Of a DNA stretch of 64,000 nt, positions 1 through 13,100 are shown in pieces. Location: assembly GCF_009914755.1 (NCBI RefSeq), contig NC_060933.1; one strand, written 5' to 3'. Source of the DNA: the human T2T-CHM13v2.0 reference genome, Homo sapiens. Numbering within the stretch: the first letter of the stretch is position 1; each line of letters begins with the position of its first letter. Under the pieces are notes generated by a model that made no database searches, was not told where the DNA came from, and worked only from the letters and a program-made list of their open reading frames with translations. The translations under genes and the position numbers were made by a program.

Positions 1-2000
1 GGAACGGAATGCAATGGAATGGAATCATCCGGAATGGAATGGAATGGAATGGAAAGGAATGGAATGGAATCAACCCCAGTGCAATGGAATGGAGTGGAAT
101 GGAATGGAATGGAATGGAACAACCCGAATGGAATGTAATGTAATGGAGTGTAAGGGAATTGAATAGAATGAATCCGAATGGAATGGAATGGAATGGAAAT
201 GAATGGAATGGAATGAAATGGAATGCAATGGAATGGAATGAAATGGAATGCAATGGAATGGAATGCAATGCCATGGAATCAACACGAGTGCAAACGAATG
301 GAATCGAATGGAATGGAATGCAATGGAATGGATTCATCTTGAATGGAATGGAAAGAATGGAATCAACACGAGTGGAATGGCATGGATTGGAATGGAATGG
401 AATGGAATCAACCCGAGTACAGGGGAAATGAATGGAATGGAATGGAATGGAATGGAATGGAATCAACTCGATTGCAATCGAATGGAATGGAATGGAATTA
501 ACCCGAATAGAGTGGAATGGAATGGAATGGAATGGAACGGAACGGAATGGAATGGAATGGAATGGAATGAAATGGAACGGAACGGAATGGAACGGAATGG
601 AATGGAATGGAATGGAATGGAATGGAATCAACGCGAGTGCAGGGGAATGGAATGGAATGGAATGCAATGGAATGGAATCTTCCGGAATGGAATGGAATGG
701 AATGGAATGGAATGAAATGCAATGGATTCAACTCGATTGCAATGGAATGGAATAGAATGGAATGGAATGGAATGGAATGGAATGGAATGGAATTAACCCG
801 AATAGAATGGAATGGAACGGAATGGAACGGAATGGAACGGAATGGAATGGAATGGAATGGAATGGAATGGTATGGAATGGAATGGAATGGAATGGAATGG
901 AATGGAATGAAATGGAATGGAACAACCCGAATGGAATGGAATGTAATGAAGAGTAAGGGATTTGAATACAATCAATCCGAATGAAATGGAATGGAATGCA
1001 ACGGAATGGAATGGAATGGAATGCAATGGAATTGAATCAACCCGAGTACAATGGAATGGAATGGAATGGAATGGAATGGAATGGAATGGAATGGAATGGA
1101 ATGCCTTCAAACCGAATGGAATGGAAAGCAATGGAATCAACACGAGTGGAATGGAATGGAATGGAATGGAATGGAATGGAATGGTACGGAATAGAATGGA
1201 ATAGAACGAAATGGAATGGAATGGAATGGAATGGAATGGAATGGAATGGAATGGAATGGAATGGAATCGTTCCGAGTGGAATAGGAGGGAATGTATTCGA
1301 GTGGAATGGAAAGGAATGGAATCAACCAGAGTGGAATGGAAGGGAATGGAATAGAATGGAAACTAATAGAATGGAATCAACCCGAGTGGAATGGAATGGA
1401 AAGCACTGGAATGGAATGCAATGGAATGGAATCAACTCGATTGTAATGGAATGGAATGGAATGGAATGGAATGGAAAGGAATGCAATGGAATCAACCCGA
1501 ATACAATGGAATGGAATGGAATGCAATGGAATGGAGTGGAATGGAATGGAATCAACCCGAGTGCAGGGGAATGGAATGGAATGGAATGCAATGGAAAGGA
1601 ATCATCCGGAATGGAATGGAATGGAATGGAATGCAAAGCAATGGAATCAACTCGATTGCAATGGAATGGAATGGAATGGAAAGAAATAGAATGGAATCAA
1701 CCCGAGTGGAATGGAATGGAAAGGACTGGAATTGAGTGAAATGGAATGGAATGGAATGGAATCAACTCGATTGGAATGGAATGGAATGGAATGGAATGTT
1801 ATGGAATGGAATTAACCCGAATAGAATGGAATGGAATGGAGTGGAATTAAATGGAATGGAATTAACCCGAATAGAATAGAATGGAACGGAATGGAACGTA
1901 ATGTAATGTAATGGAATGGAATGGAATCCATCCGAGTGCAGGGGAATGGAATGGAATGGAATGCAATGGAATGGAATCATCCGGAATGGAATGGAATGGA
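1..2000 (+). repeat. About 2 kb dispersed duplication, copy 1 (partner about 20560-22590); left end truncated by the window
   Basis: Private markers shared at about 20.56-20.59 kb offset: CAACCCCAGT (71/20630), GGGATTTGAATACAATC (957/21546), GGAATTGAGTGAAAT (1728/22312), AATCCATCCGAG (1925/22509). Confidence 0.9.
674..688. promoter_or_regulatory. Perfect three-unit heat-shock element consensus gGAAt-cTTCc-gGAAt (first of about 48 copies, up to 62041)
   Basis: Seen: GGAATCTTCCGGAAT matches nGAAnnTTCnnGAAn exactly. Established: HSF1 trimers bind this consensus, and HSF1 binds SatIII in nuclear stress bodies. Function of these particular sites is inferred, not shown. Confidence 0.55.
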
Positions 2001-4149
2001 ATGGAATGCAAAGCAATGGAATCAACTCGATTGCAATGGAATGGAATGGAATAGAATGGAATGGAATTAAGACGAATAGAATGGAATGGAATGGAATGGA
2101 ACGGAATGGAACGGAATGGAATGGAATGGAATGGAATGGAATGGAATGGTATGGAATGGAATGGAATGGAATCAGCCCGAGTACAGGGGAATGGAATGGA
2201 ATGTAATGCAATGGAATGGAATCATCCGTAATGGAATGGAATGGAATGGAATGGAATGGAATGGAATGGAATGGAATCAACCCGAGTGCAATGGAATGGA
2301 GAGGCATGGAATGGAATGGAATGGAAACTACCCGAATGGAATGGAATGTAATGGAGTGTAAGGGAATTGAATAGAATCAATCCGAATGTAATGGAATGGA
2401 ATGGAACAGAATGGACTGGAATGGAATGGAATGCAATGGAATGGAATCAACCCGAGTGCAATCGAATGGAATCAAATGGAATGGAATGCAATGCAATGGA
2501 TTCAACTTGAATGGAATGGAAAGAATGGAATCAACACGAGTGGAATGGCATGGAATGGAATGGAATGGAATGGAATCAACCCGAGTACAGGGGAATGGAA
2601 TGGAAAGGAATGCAATGGAATGGAATCATCCGTAATGTAATGGAAAGGAATGGAATGGAATGGAATGGAATGGAATGGAAAGGAATGGAATGGAATGGAA
2701 TGGAATGGAATGGAATTGAATGGAATGGAATGGAATGGAATGGAATGCAATGCCATGGAATCAACATGAGGGCAATCGAATGGAATCGAATGGAATGGAA
2801 TGTAATGGAATGGATTCATCTTGAATGGAATGGAAAGAATGGAATCAACACGAGTGGAATGGCATGGATTGGAATGGAATGGAATGGAATCAACCCGAGT
2901 ACAGGGGAATGTAATGGAATGGAAAGAAATGGAATGGAATCATCCGTAATGTAATGGAAAGGAATGGAATGGAATGGAATGGAATGGAATGGAATGGTAT
3001 GGAATGGAATCAGCTCCATTGCAATCGAATGGAATGGAATGGAATTAACCCGAATAGAATGGATTGGAATGGAATGGAACGGAACGGAATGGAATGGAAT
3101 GGAATGGAATGGAATGGAATGGAATGGAATCAACCCGAGTGCAGGGGAATGTAATGGAACGGAATGCAATGGAATGGAATCATCAGGAATGGAATGGAAT
3201 GGAATGGAATGGAATCAACCCGAGTGCAATGGAATGGAGTGGAATGGAATGGAATGGAATGAAATGCAATGGATTCAACTCGATTGCAATGGAATGGAAT
3301 AGAATGGAATGGAATGGAATGGAATGGAATGGAATTAACCTGAATAGAATGGAATGGAATGGAATGGAACGGAATGGAATGGAATGGTATGGAATGGAAT
3401 GGAATGGTACGGAATAGAATGGAATGGAACGAATTGTAATGGAATGGAATTGAATGGAATGGAATGGAATGGAATGGAATGGAATCAACGCGAGTGCAGG
3501 GGAATGTAATGGAACAGAATGCAATGGAATGGAATCATCCGGAAAGGAATGGAATGGAATGGAATGGAATGGAATGGAATGGAATCAACCCGAGTGCAAT
3601 GGAATGCAGTGGAATGGAATGGAATGGAATGGAACAACCCGAAAGGAATGGAATGTAATGGAGAGTAAGGGAGTTGAATAGAATCAATCCGAACGTAATG
3701 GAATGGAATGCAACGGAATGGAATGGAATGGAATGGAATGGAATGGAATGGAATCAACCCAAGTGCAATGGAATGGAGTGGAATGGAATGGAATGGAATG
3801 GAACAACCCGAATGGAATGGAATGTAATGGAGAGTAAGGGAGTTGAATAGAATCAATCCGAATGTAAAGGAATGGAATGGAACGGAATGGAATTGAATGG
3901 AATGGAATGGAATGCAATGGAATGGAATCAACCCGAGTGCAATGGAATGGAGAGGAATGGAATGGAATGGAATGGAAACTACCCGAATGGAATGGAATGT
4001 AATGGAGTGTAAGGGAATTGAATAGAATCAATCCGAATGTAATGGAATGGAATGGAACGGAATGGAATGGAATGGAATGGAATGGAATGCAATGGAATGG
4101 AATCAACCCGAGTGCAATCGAATGGAATCGAATGGAATGGAATGCAATG

Positions 4150-7100
4150 GAATGGAATGGAATGGAATGGAATCAACTCGATTGCAATCGAATGGAATGG
4201 AATGGAATTAACCCGAATAGAATGGAATGGAATGGAATGGAACGGAACGGAACGGAACGGAATGGAATGGAATGGAATGGAATGGAATGGAACGGAAAGG
4301 AATGGAATGGAATGGAATGGAATGGAATGGAATGGAATGGAATGGAATCAAAGCGAGTGCAGGGGAATGGAATGGAATGGAATGCAATGGAATGGAATCT
4401 TCCGGAATGGAATGGAATGGAATGGAATGGAATGGAATGGAATGGAATGGAACAAACCCGAGTGCAATGGAATGGAGTGGAATGGAATGGAATGGAATGG
4501 AACAACCCGAATGAAATGGAATATAATGGAGAGTAAGGGAGTTGAGTAGAATCAATCCGAATATAATGGAATGGAATGGAACGGAATGGAATTGAATGGA
4601 ATGGAATGGAATCAACGCGAACGCAGGGGAATGGAATGGAATGGAATGCAATGGAATGGAATCTTCCGGAATGGAATGGAATGGAATGAAATGCAATGGA
4701 TTCAACTCGATTGCAATGGAATGGAATAGAATGGTATGGAATGGAATGGAATGGAATTAATCCGAATAGAATGGAATGGAATGGAATGGAACGGAATGGA
4801 ACGGAATGGAATGGAATGGAATGGAATGGTATGCAATGGAATGGAATGGTACGGAATAGAATGGAATGCAACGAATTGTAATGGAATGGAATTGAATGGA
4901 ATGGAATGGAATGGAATGGAATCAACGCGAGTACAGGGGAATGTAATGGAACGGAATGCAATGGAATGGAATCATCCGGAATGGAATGGAATGGAATGGA
5001 ATGGAATGGAATCAACCCGAGTACAGGGGAATGGAATGGAATGTAATGCAATGGAATGGAATCATCCGTAATGGAATGGAAAGGCATGGAATGGAATGGA
5101 ATGGAATGGAATGGAATGGAATGGAATCAACTCGATTGCAATCGAATGGAATGGAATGGAATTAACCCGAATAGAATGGAATGGAATGGAATGGAACGGA
5201 ACGGAACGGAATGGAATGGAATGGAATGGAATGGAATGGAATGGAACGGAAAGGAATGGAATGGAATGGAATGGAATAGAATGGAATGGAATGGAATGGA
5301 ATGGAATGCAATGGAATGGAATCAACCCGAGTGCAATCGAATGGAATCGAATGGAATGGAATGCAATGGAATGGATTCAACTAGAATGGAATGGAAATAA
5401 TGGAATCAACACGAGTGGAAGGGCATGGATTGGAATGGAATGGAATGGAATCAACCCGAGTACAGGGGAATGGAATGGAATGGAATGCAATGGAATTGAA
5501 TCATCCGTAAAGGAATGGAAAGGAATGGAATGGAATGGAATGGAATGGAATGGAATGGAATGGAGTGGAATCAACTCGATTGCAATCGAATGGAATGGAA
5601 TGGAATTAACCCGAATAGAATGGAATGGAATGGAAAGGAATGGAACGGAACGGAACGGAATGGAATGGAATGGAATGGAATGGAATGGAATGGAACGGAA
5701 AGGAAGGGAATGGAATGGAATAGAATGGAATAGAATAGAATCAACGCGAGTGCAGGGGAATGGAATGGAATGGAATGCAATGGAATGGAATCTTCCGGAA
5801 TGGAATGGAATGGAATGGAATGGAATGGAATCAACCCGAGTCCAATGGAATGGAGTGGAATGGAATGGAATGGAATGGAACAACCCGAATGGAATGGAAT
5901 GTAATGGAGAGTAAGGGAGTTGAATAGAATCAATCCGAATGTAATGGAATGGAATGGAACGGAATGGATTTGAATGGAATGGAATGGAATGCAATGGAAT
6001 GGAATCAACCCGAGTGCAATGGAATGGAGAGGAATGGAATGGAATGGAATGGAAACTACCCGAATGGAATGTAATGTAATGGAGTGTAAGGGAATTGAAT
6101 AGAATCAATCCGAATGTAATGGAATGGAATGGAACGGAATGGAATGGAACGGAATCGAATGGAATGGAATGGAATGCAATGGAATGGAATCAACCCGAGT
6201 GCAATCGAATGGAATCGAATGGAATGGAATGCAATGGAATGGAATCAACTTGAATGGAATGGAAAGAATGGAATCAACACGAGTGGAATGGCATGGATTG
6301 GAATGGAATGGAATGGAATCAACCCGAGTACAGGGGAATGGAATGGAATGTAATGCAATGGAATGGAATCATCCGTAATGGAATGGAAAGGAATGGAATG
6401 GAATGGAATGGAATGGAATGGAATCAACTCGATTGCAATCGAATGGAATGGAATGCAATTAACCCGAATAGAATGGAATGGAATGGAATGGAACGGAACG
6501 AAACGGAATGGAATGGAATGGAATGGAATGGAATGGAACGGAAAGGAATGGAATGGAATGGAATGGAAAGGAATGGAATGGAATGGAATCGAATGGAATG
6601 CAATGGAATGGAATCAACCCGAGTGCAATCGAATGGAATCGAATGGAATGGAATGCAATGGAATGGATTCAACTAGAATGGAATGGAAATAATGGAATCA
6701 ACACGAGTGGAAGGGCATGTATTGGAATGGAATGGAATGGAATCAACCCGAGTACAGGGGAATGGAATGGAATGGAATGCAATGGAATGGAATCATCCGT
6801 AATGGAATGGAAAGGAATGGAATGGAATGGAATGGAATGGAATGGAATGGAATGGGATCAACTCGATTGCAATCGAATGGAATGGAATGGAATTAACCCG
6901 AATAGAATGGAATGGAATGGAATGGAACGGAACGGAATGGAATGGAATGGAATGGAATGGAACGGAACGGAACGGAATGGAATGGAATGGAATGGAATGG
7001 AATGGAATGGAATCAACGCGAAGGCAGGGGAATGGAATGGAATGGATTGCAATGGAATGGAATCTTCCGGAATGGAATGGAATGGAATGGAATGGAATGG

Positions 7101-10100
7101 AATGAAATGCAATGGATTCAACTCGATTGCAATGGAATGGAATAGAATGGAATGGAATGGAATGCAATGGAATTAATCCGAATAGAATGGAATGGAATGG
7201 AATGGAACGGAATGGAACGGAATGGAATGGAATGGAATGGAATGGTATGCAATGGAATGGAATGGTACGGAATAGAATGGAATGGAACGAATTGTAATGG
7301 AATGGAATTGAATGGAATGGAATGGAATGGAATGGAATCAACGCGAGTGCAGGGGAATGTAATGGAACGGAATGCAATGGAATGGAATCATCCGGAATGG
7401 AATGGAATGGAATGGAATGGAATGGAATCAACCCGAGCACAGGGGAATGGAATGGAATGTAATGCAATGGAATGGAATCATCCGTAATGGAATGGAAAGG
7501 AATGGAATGGAATGGAATGGAATGGAATGGAATGGAATCAACTCGATTGCAATGGAATGGAATGGAATGGAATTAACCCGAATAGAATGGAATGGAATGG
7601 AATGGAATGGAACGGAACGGAATGGAATGGAATGGAATGGAATGGAATGGAATGGAACGGAAAGGAATGGAATGGAATGGAATGGAATGGAATGGAATGG
7701 AATCAACGCGAGTGCAGGGAATGGAATGGAATGGAATGCAATGGAATGGAATCTTCCGGAATGGAATGGAATGGAATGGAATGGAACAAACCCGAGTGCA
7801 ATGGAATGGAGTGGAATGGAATGGAATGCAATGGAACAACCCGAATGGAATGGAATATAATGGAGAGTAAGGGAGTTGAGTAGAATCAATCCGAATATAA
7901 TGGAATGGAATGGAACGGAATGGAATTGAATGGAATGAAATGGAATCAACGCGAACGCAGGGGAATGGAATGGAATGGAATGCAATGGAATGGAATCTTC
8001 CGGAATGGAATGGAATGGAATGGAATGGAATGAAATGCAATGGATTCAACCCGATTGCAATGGAATGGAATAGAATGGAATGGAATGGAATGGAATGGAA
8101 TTAATCCGAATAGAATGGAATGGAATGGAATGGAACGCAATGGAACGGAATGGAATGGAATGGAATGGAATGGTATGCAATGGAATGGAATGGTACGGAA
8201 TAGAATGGAATGGAACGAATTGTAATGGAATGGAATTGAATGGAATGGAATGGAATGGAATGGAATCAACGCGAGTGCAGGGGAATGTAATGGAACGGAA
8301 TGCAATGGAATGGAATCATCCGGAATGGAATGGAATGGAATGGAATGGAATGGAATCAACCCGAGTACAGGGGAATGGAATGGAATGTAATGCAATGGAA
8401 TGGAATCATCCGTAATGGAATGGAAAGGCATGGAATGGAATGGAATGGAATGGAATGGAATGGAATGGAATCAACTCGATTGCAATCGAATGGAATGGAA
8501 TGGAATTAACCCGAATAGAATGGAATGGAATGGAATGGAACAGAACGGAACGGAATGGAATGGAATGGAATGGAATGGAATGGAATGGAATGGAACGGAA
8601 AGGAATGGAATAAATGGAATGGAATGGAATGGAATGGAATGGAATGGAATGGAATGCAATGGAATGGAATCAACCCGAGTGCAATCGAATGGAATCGAAT
8701 GGAATGGAATGCAATGGAATGGATTCAACTAGAATGGAATGGAAATAATGGAATCAACACGAGTGGAAGGGCATGGATTGGAATGGAATGGAATGGAATC
8801 AACCCGAGTACAGGGGAATGGAATGGAATGGAATGCAATGGAATTGAATCATCCGTAAAGGAATGGAAAGGAATGGAATGGAATGGAATGGAATGGAATG
8901 GAATGGAATGGAGTGGAATCAACTCGATTGCAATCGAATGGAATGGAATGGAATTAACCCGAATAGAATGGAATGGAATGGAATGGAATGGAACGGAACG
9001 GAACGGAACGGAATGGAATGGAATGGAATGGAATGGAATGGAATGGAATGGAACGGAAAGGAAGGGAATGGAATGGAATAGAATGGAATAGAATAGAATC
9101 AACGCGAGTGCAGGGGAATGGAATGGAATGGAATGCAATGGAATGGAATCTTCCGGAATGGAATGGAATGGAATGGAATGGAATGGAATCAACCCGAGTC
9201 CAATGGAATGGAGTGGAATGGAATGGAATGGAATGGAACAACCCGAATGGAATGGAATGTAATGGAGAGTAAGGGAGTTGAATAGAATCAATCCGAATGT
9301 AATGGAATGGAATGGAACGGAATGGATTTGAATGGAATGGAATGGAATGCAATGGAATGGAATCAACCCGAGTGCAATGGAATGGAGAGGAATGGAATGG
9401 AATGGAATGGAAACTACCCGAATGGAATGTAATGTAATGGAGTGTAAGGGAATTGAATAGAATCAATCCGAATGTAATGGAATGGAATGGAACGGAATGG
9501 AATGGAATGGAATCGAATGGAATGGAATGGAATGCAATGGAATGGAATCAACCCGAGTGCAATCGAATGGAATCGAATGGAATGGAATGCAATGGAATGG
9601 AATCAACTTGAATGGAATGGAAAGAATGGAATCAACACGAGTGGAATGGCATGGATTGGAATGGAATGGAATGGAATCAACCCGAGTACAGGGGAATGGA
9701 ATGGAATGGAATGCAATGGAATGGAATCATCCGTAATGGAATGGAAAGGAATGGAATGGAATGGAATGGAATGGAATGGAATCAACTCGATTGCAATTGA
9801 ATGGAATGGAATGCAATTAACCCGAATAGAATGGAATGGAATGGAATGGAACGGAACGGAATGGAATGGAATGGAATGGAATGGAACGGAACGGAATGGA
9901 ATGGAATGGAATGGAATGGAATCAACGCGCGTGCAGGGGAATGGAATGGAATGGAATGCAATGGAATGGAATCTTCCGGAATGGAATGGAATGGAATGGA
10001 ATGGAATGAAATGCAATGGATTCAACTCGATTGCAATGGAATGGAATAGAATGGAATGGAAAGTAATGGAATGGAATTAATCCGAATAGAATGGAATGGA

Positions 10101-13100
10101 ATGGAATGGAACGGAACGGAACGGAATGGAATGGAATGGAATGGAATGGTATGCCATGGAATGGAATGGTACGGAATAGAATGGAATGGAACGAATTGTA
10201 ATGGAATGGAATTGAATGGAATGGAATGGAATGGAATGGAATCAACGCGAGTGCAGGGGAATGTAATGGAACGGAATGTAATGGAATGGAATCATCCGGA
10301 ATGGAATGGAATGGAATGGAATGGAATGGAATGGAATCAACCCGAGTGCAATGGAATGGAGTGGAATGGAATGGAATGGAATGGAACAACCCGAATGGAA
10401 TGGAATGTAATGGAGAGTAAGGGAGTTGAATAGAATCAATCCGAATGTAATGGAATGCAATGCAACGGAATGGAATGGAATGGAATGGAATGGAATGGAA
10501 TGGAATGCAATGGAATGGAACCAACCCGAGTAGAATGGAATGGAATGGAATGGAATGGAATGGAATGGAATGGAATGATACGGAACAGAATGGAATGGAA
10601 CGAAATGGAATGGAATGGAATGGAATGGAATGGAATGGAATGGAATGGAATCGTTCCGAGTGGAATAGGAGGGAATGTATTCGAGTGGAATGCAAAGGAA
10701 TGGGATCAACCAGAGTGGAATGGAAGGGAATGGAATGGAATGGAAACTAATAGAATGCAATCAACCCGAGTGGAATGGAATGGAAAGGACTGGAATGGAA
10801 TGGAATGGAATGCAATCAACTCGATTGTAATGGAATGGAATGGAATGGAATGGAATGGAATTAACCCGAATAAAATGGAATGGAATGGAATGGAACGGAA
10901 TGGAGTGGAATGGAATGGAATCAACCCGAGTGCAGGGGAATGGAATGGAATGGAATGCAATGGAATGGAATCATCCGGAATGGAATGGAATGGAATCGAA
11001 TGCAAAGCAATGGAATCAACTCGATTGCAATGGAATGGAATGGAATGGAAAGGAATACTTTGGAATCAACCCGAGTGGAATGGAATGGAAAGGACTGGAA
11101 TGGAGTGGAATGGAATGGAATGGAATGGAATGGAATGGAATCAACTCGATTGGAATGGAATGGAATGGAATGGAATGGAATGGAATGGAATTAACCCGAA
11201 TAGAAAGGAATGGAATGGAATGGAACAGAACGGAATGGCATGGAATGGAATGGAATGGAATGGAATGGAATTAACCCGGCTGCAGGGGAATGGAATGGAA
11301 TGGAATGCAATGGAATGGATTCAACTTGAATGGAATGGAAAGAATGGAATCAACACGAGTGGAATGGCATGGATTGGAATGGAATGGAATGGAATCAACC
11401 CGAGTACAGGGGAATGGAATGGAATGGAATGCAATGGAATGGAATCATCCGTAATGGAATGGAAAGGAATGGAATGGAATAGAATGGAATGGAATGGAAT
11501 GGAATGGAATGGAATCAACTCGATTGCAATCGAATGGAATGGAATGGAATTAACCAGAATAGAATGGAATGGAATGGAATGGAACATAACGGAACGGAAT
11601 GGAATGGAATGGAATGGAATGGAACAGAAAGGAATGGAATGGAATGGAATGGAATCAACGCGAGTGCAGGGGAATGGAATGGAATGGAATGCAATGGAAT
11701 GGAATCTTCCGGAATGGAATGGAATGGAATGGAATGGAATGGAATCAACCCGAGTGCAATGGAATGGAGTGGAATGGAATGGAATGGAATGGAACAACCC
11801 GAATGGAATGGAATGTAATAGAGACTAAGGGAGATGAATAGAAGCAATCCGAATGTAATGGAATGGAATGGAACGGAATGGATTTGAATGGAATGGAATG
11901 GAATGCAATGGAATGGAATCAACCCGAGTGCAATGGTATGGAGAGGAATGGAATGGAATGGAATGGAAACTACCCGAATGGAATGGAATGTAATGGAGTG
12001 TAAGGGAATTGAATAGAATCAATCCGAATGTAATGGAATGGAATGGAACGGAATGGAATGGAATGGAATGGAATGGAATGGAATGCAATGGAATGGAATC
12101 AACCCGAGTGCAACCGAATGGAATCGAATGGAATGGAATGCAATGGAATGGATTCAACTTGAATGGAATGGAAAGAATGGAATCAACACGAGTGGAAGGG
12201 CATGGATTGGAATGCAATGGAATGGAATCAACCCGAGTACAGGGGAATGGAATGGAATGGAATGCAATGGAATGGAATCATCCGTAATGGAATGGAAAGG
12301 AATGGAATGGAATGGAATGGAATGGAATGGAATGGAATGGAATCAACACGATTGCAATCGAATGGAATGGAATGGAATTAACCCAAATAGAATGGAATGG
12401 AATGGAATGGAATGGAACGGAATGGAATGGAATGGAATGGAATGGAATGGAACGGAAAGGAAAGGTACGGAACGGAACGGAATGGAATGGAATGGAATGG
12501 AATGGAATGGAATCAATGCGAGTGCAGGGGAATGGAATGGAATGGAATGCAATGGAATGGAATCTTCCGGAATGGAATGGAATGGAATGGAATGGAATGC
12601 AATGAAATGCAATGGATTCAACTCGATTGCAATGGAATGGAATAGAATGGAATGGAATGGAATGGAATGGAATGGAATGGAATTAACCCAAGTAGAATGG
12701 AATGAAATGGAATGGAACGGAATGGAACGGAATGGAATGGAATGGAATGGAATGGAATGGAATGGAATGGAATGGTATGGAATGGAATGGAATGGTACGG
12801 AATAGAATGGAATGGAACGAATTGTAATGGAATGGAATTGAATGGAATGGAATGGAATGGAATGGAATCAACGCGAGTGCAGGGGAATGTAACGGAACGG
12901 AATGCAATGGAATGGAATCATCCGGAATGGAATGGAATGGAATGGAATGGAATGGAGTCAACCTGAGTGCAATGGAATGGAGTGCAATGGAATGGAATGG
13001 AAAGGAACAACCCGAATGGAATGGAATGTAATGGAGAGTAAAGGAGTTGAATAGAATCAATCCGAATGTAATGGAATGGAATGCAACGGAATGGAATGGA

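Noticed and set aside
680-687. TTCCGGAA as a STAT/GAS site
   Set aside because: Canonical GAS sites are TTC-N3-GAA (N4 for STAT6); here the spacer is N2.
1263-1277. GGAATCGTTCC, and GGATTC modules, as additional HSEs
   Set aside because: The GAA-to-TTC spacing is 3 or 4 bases rather than the 2 required by nGAAnnTTCn.
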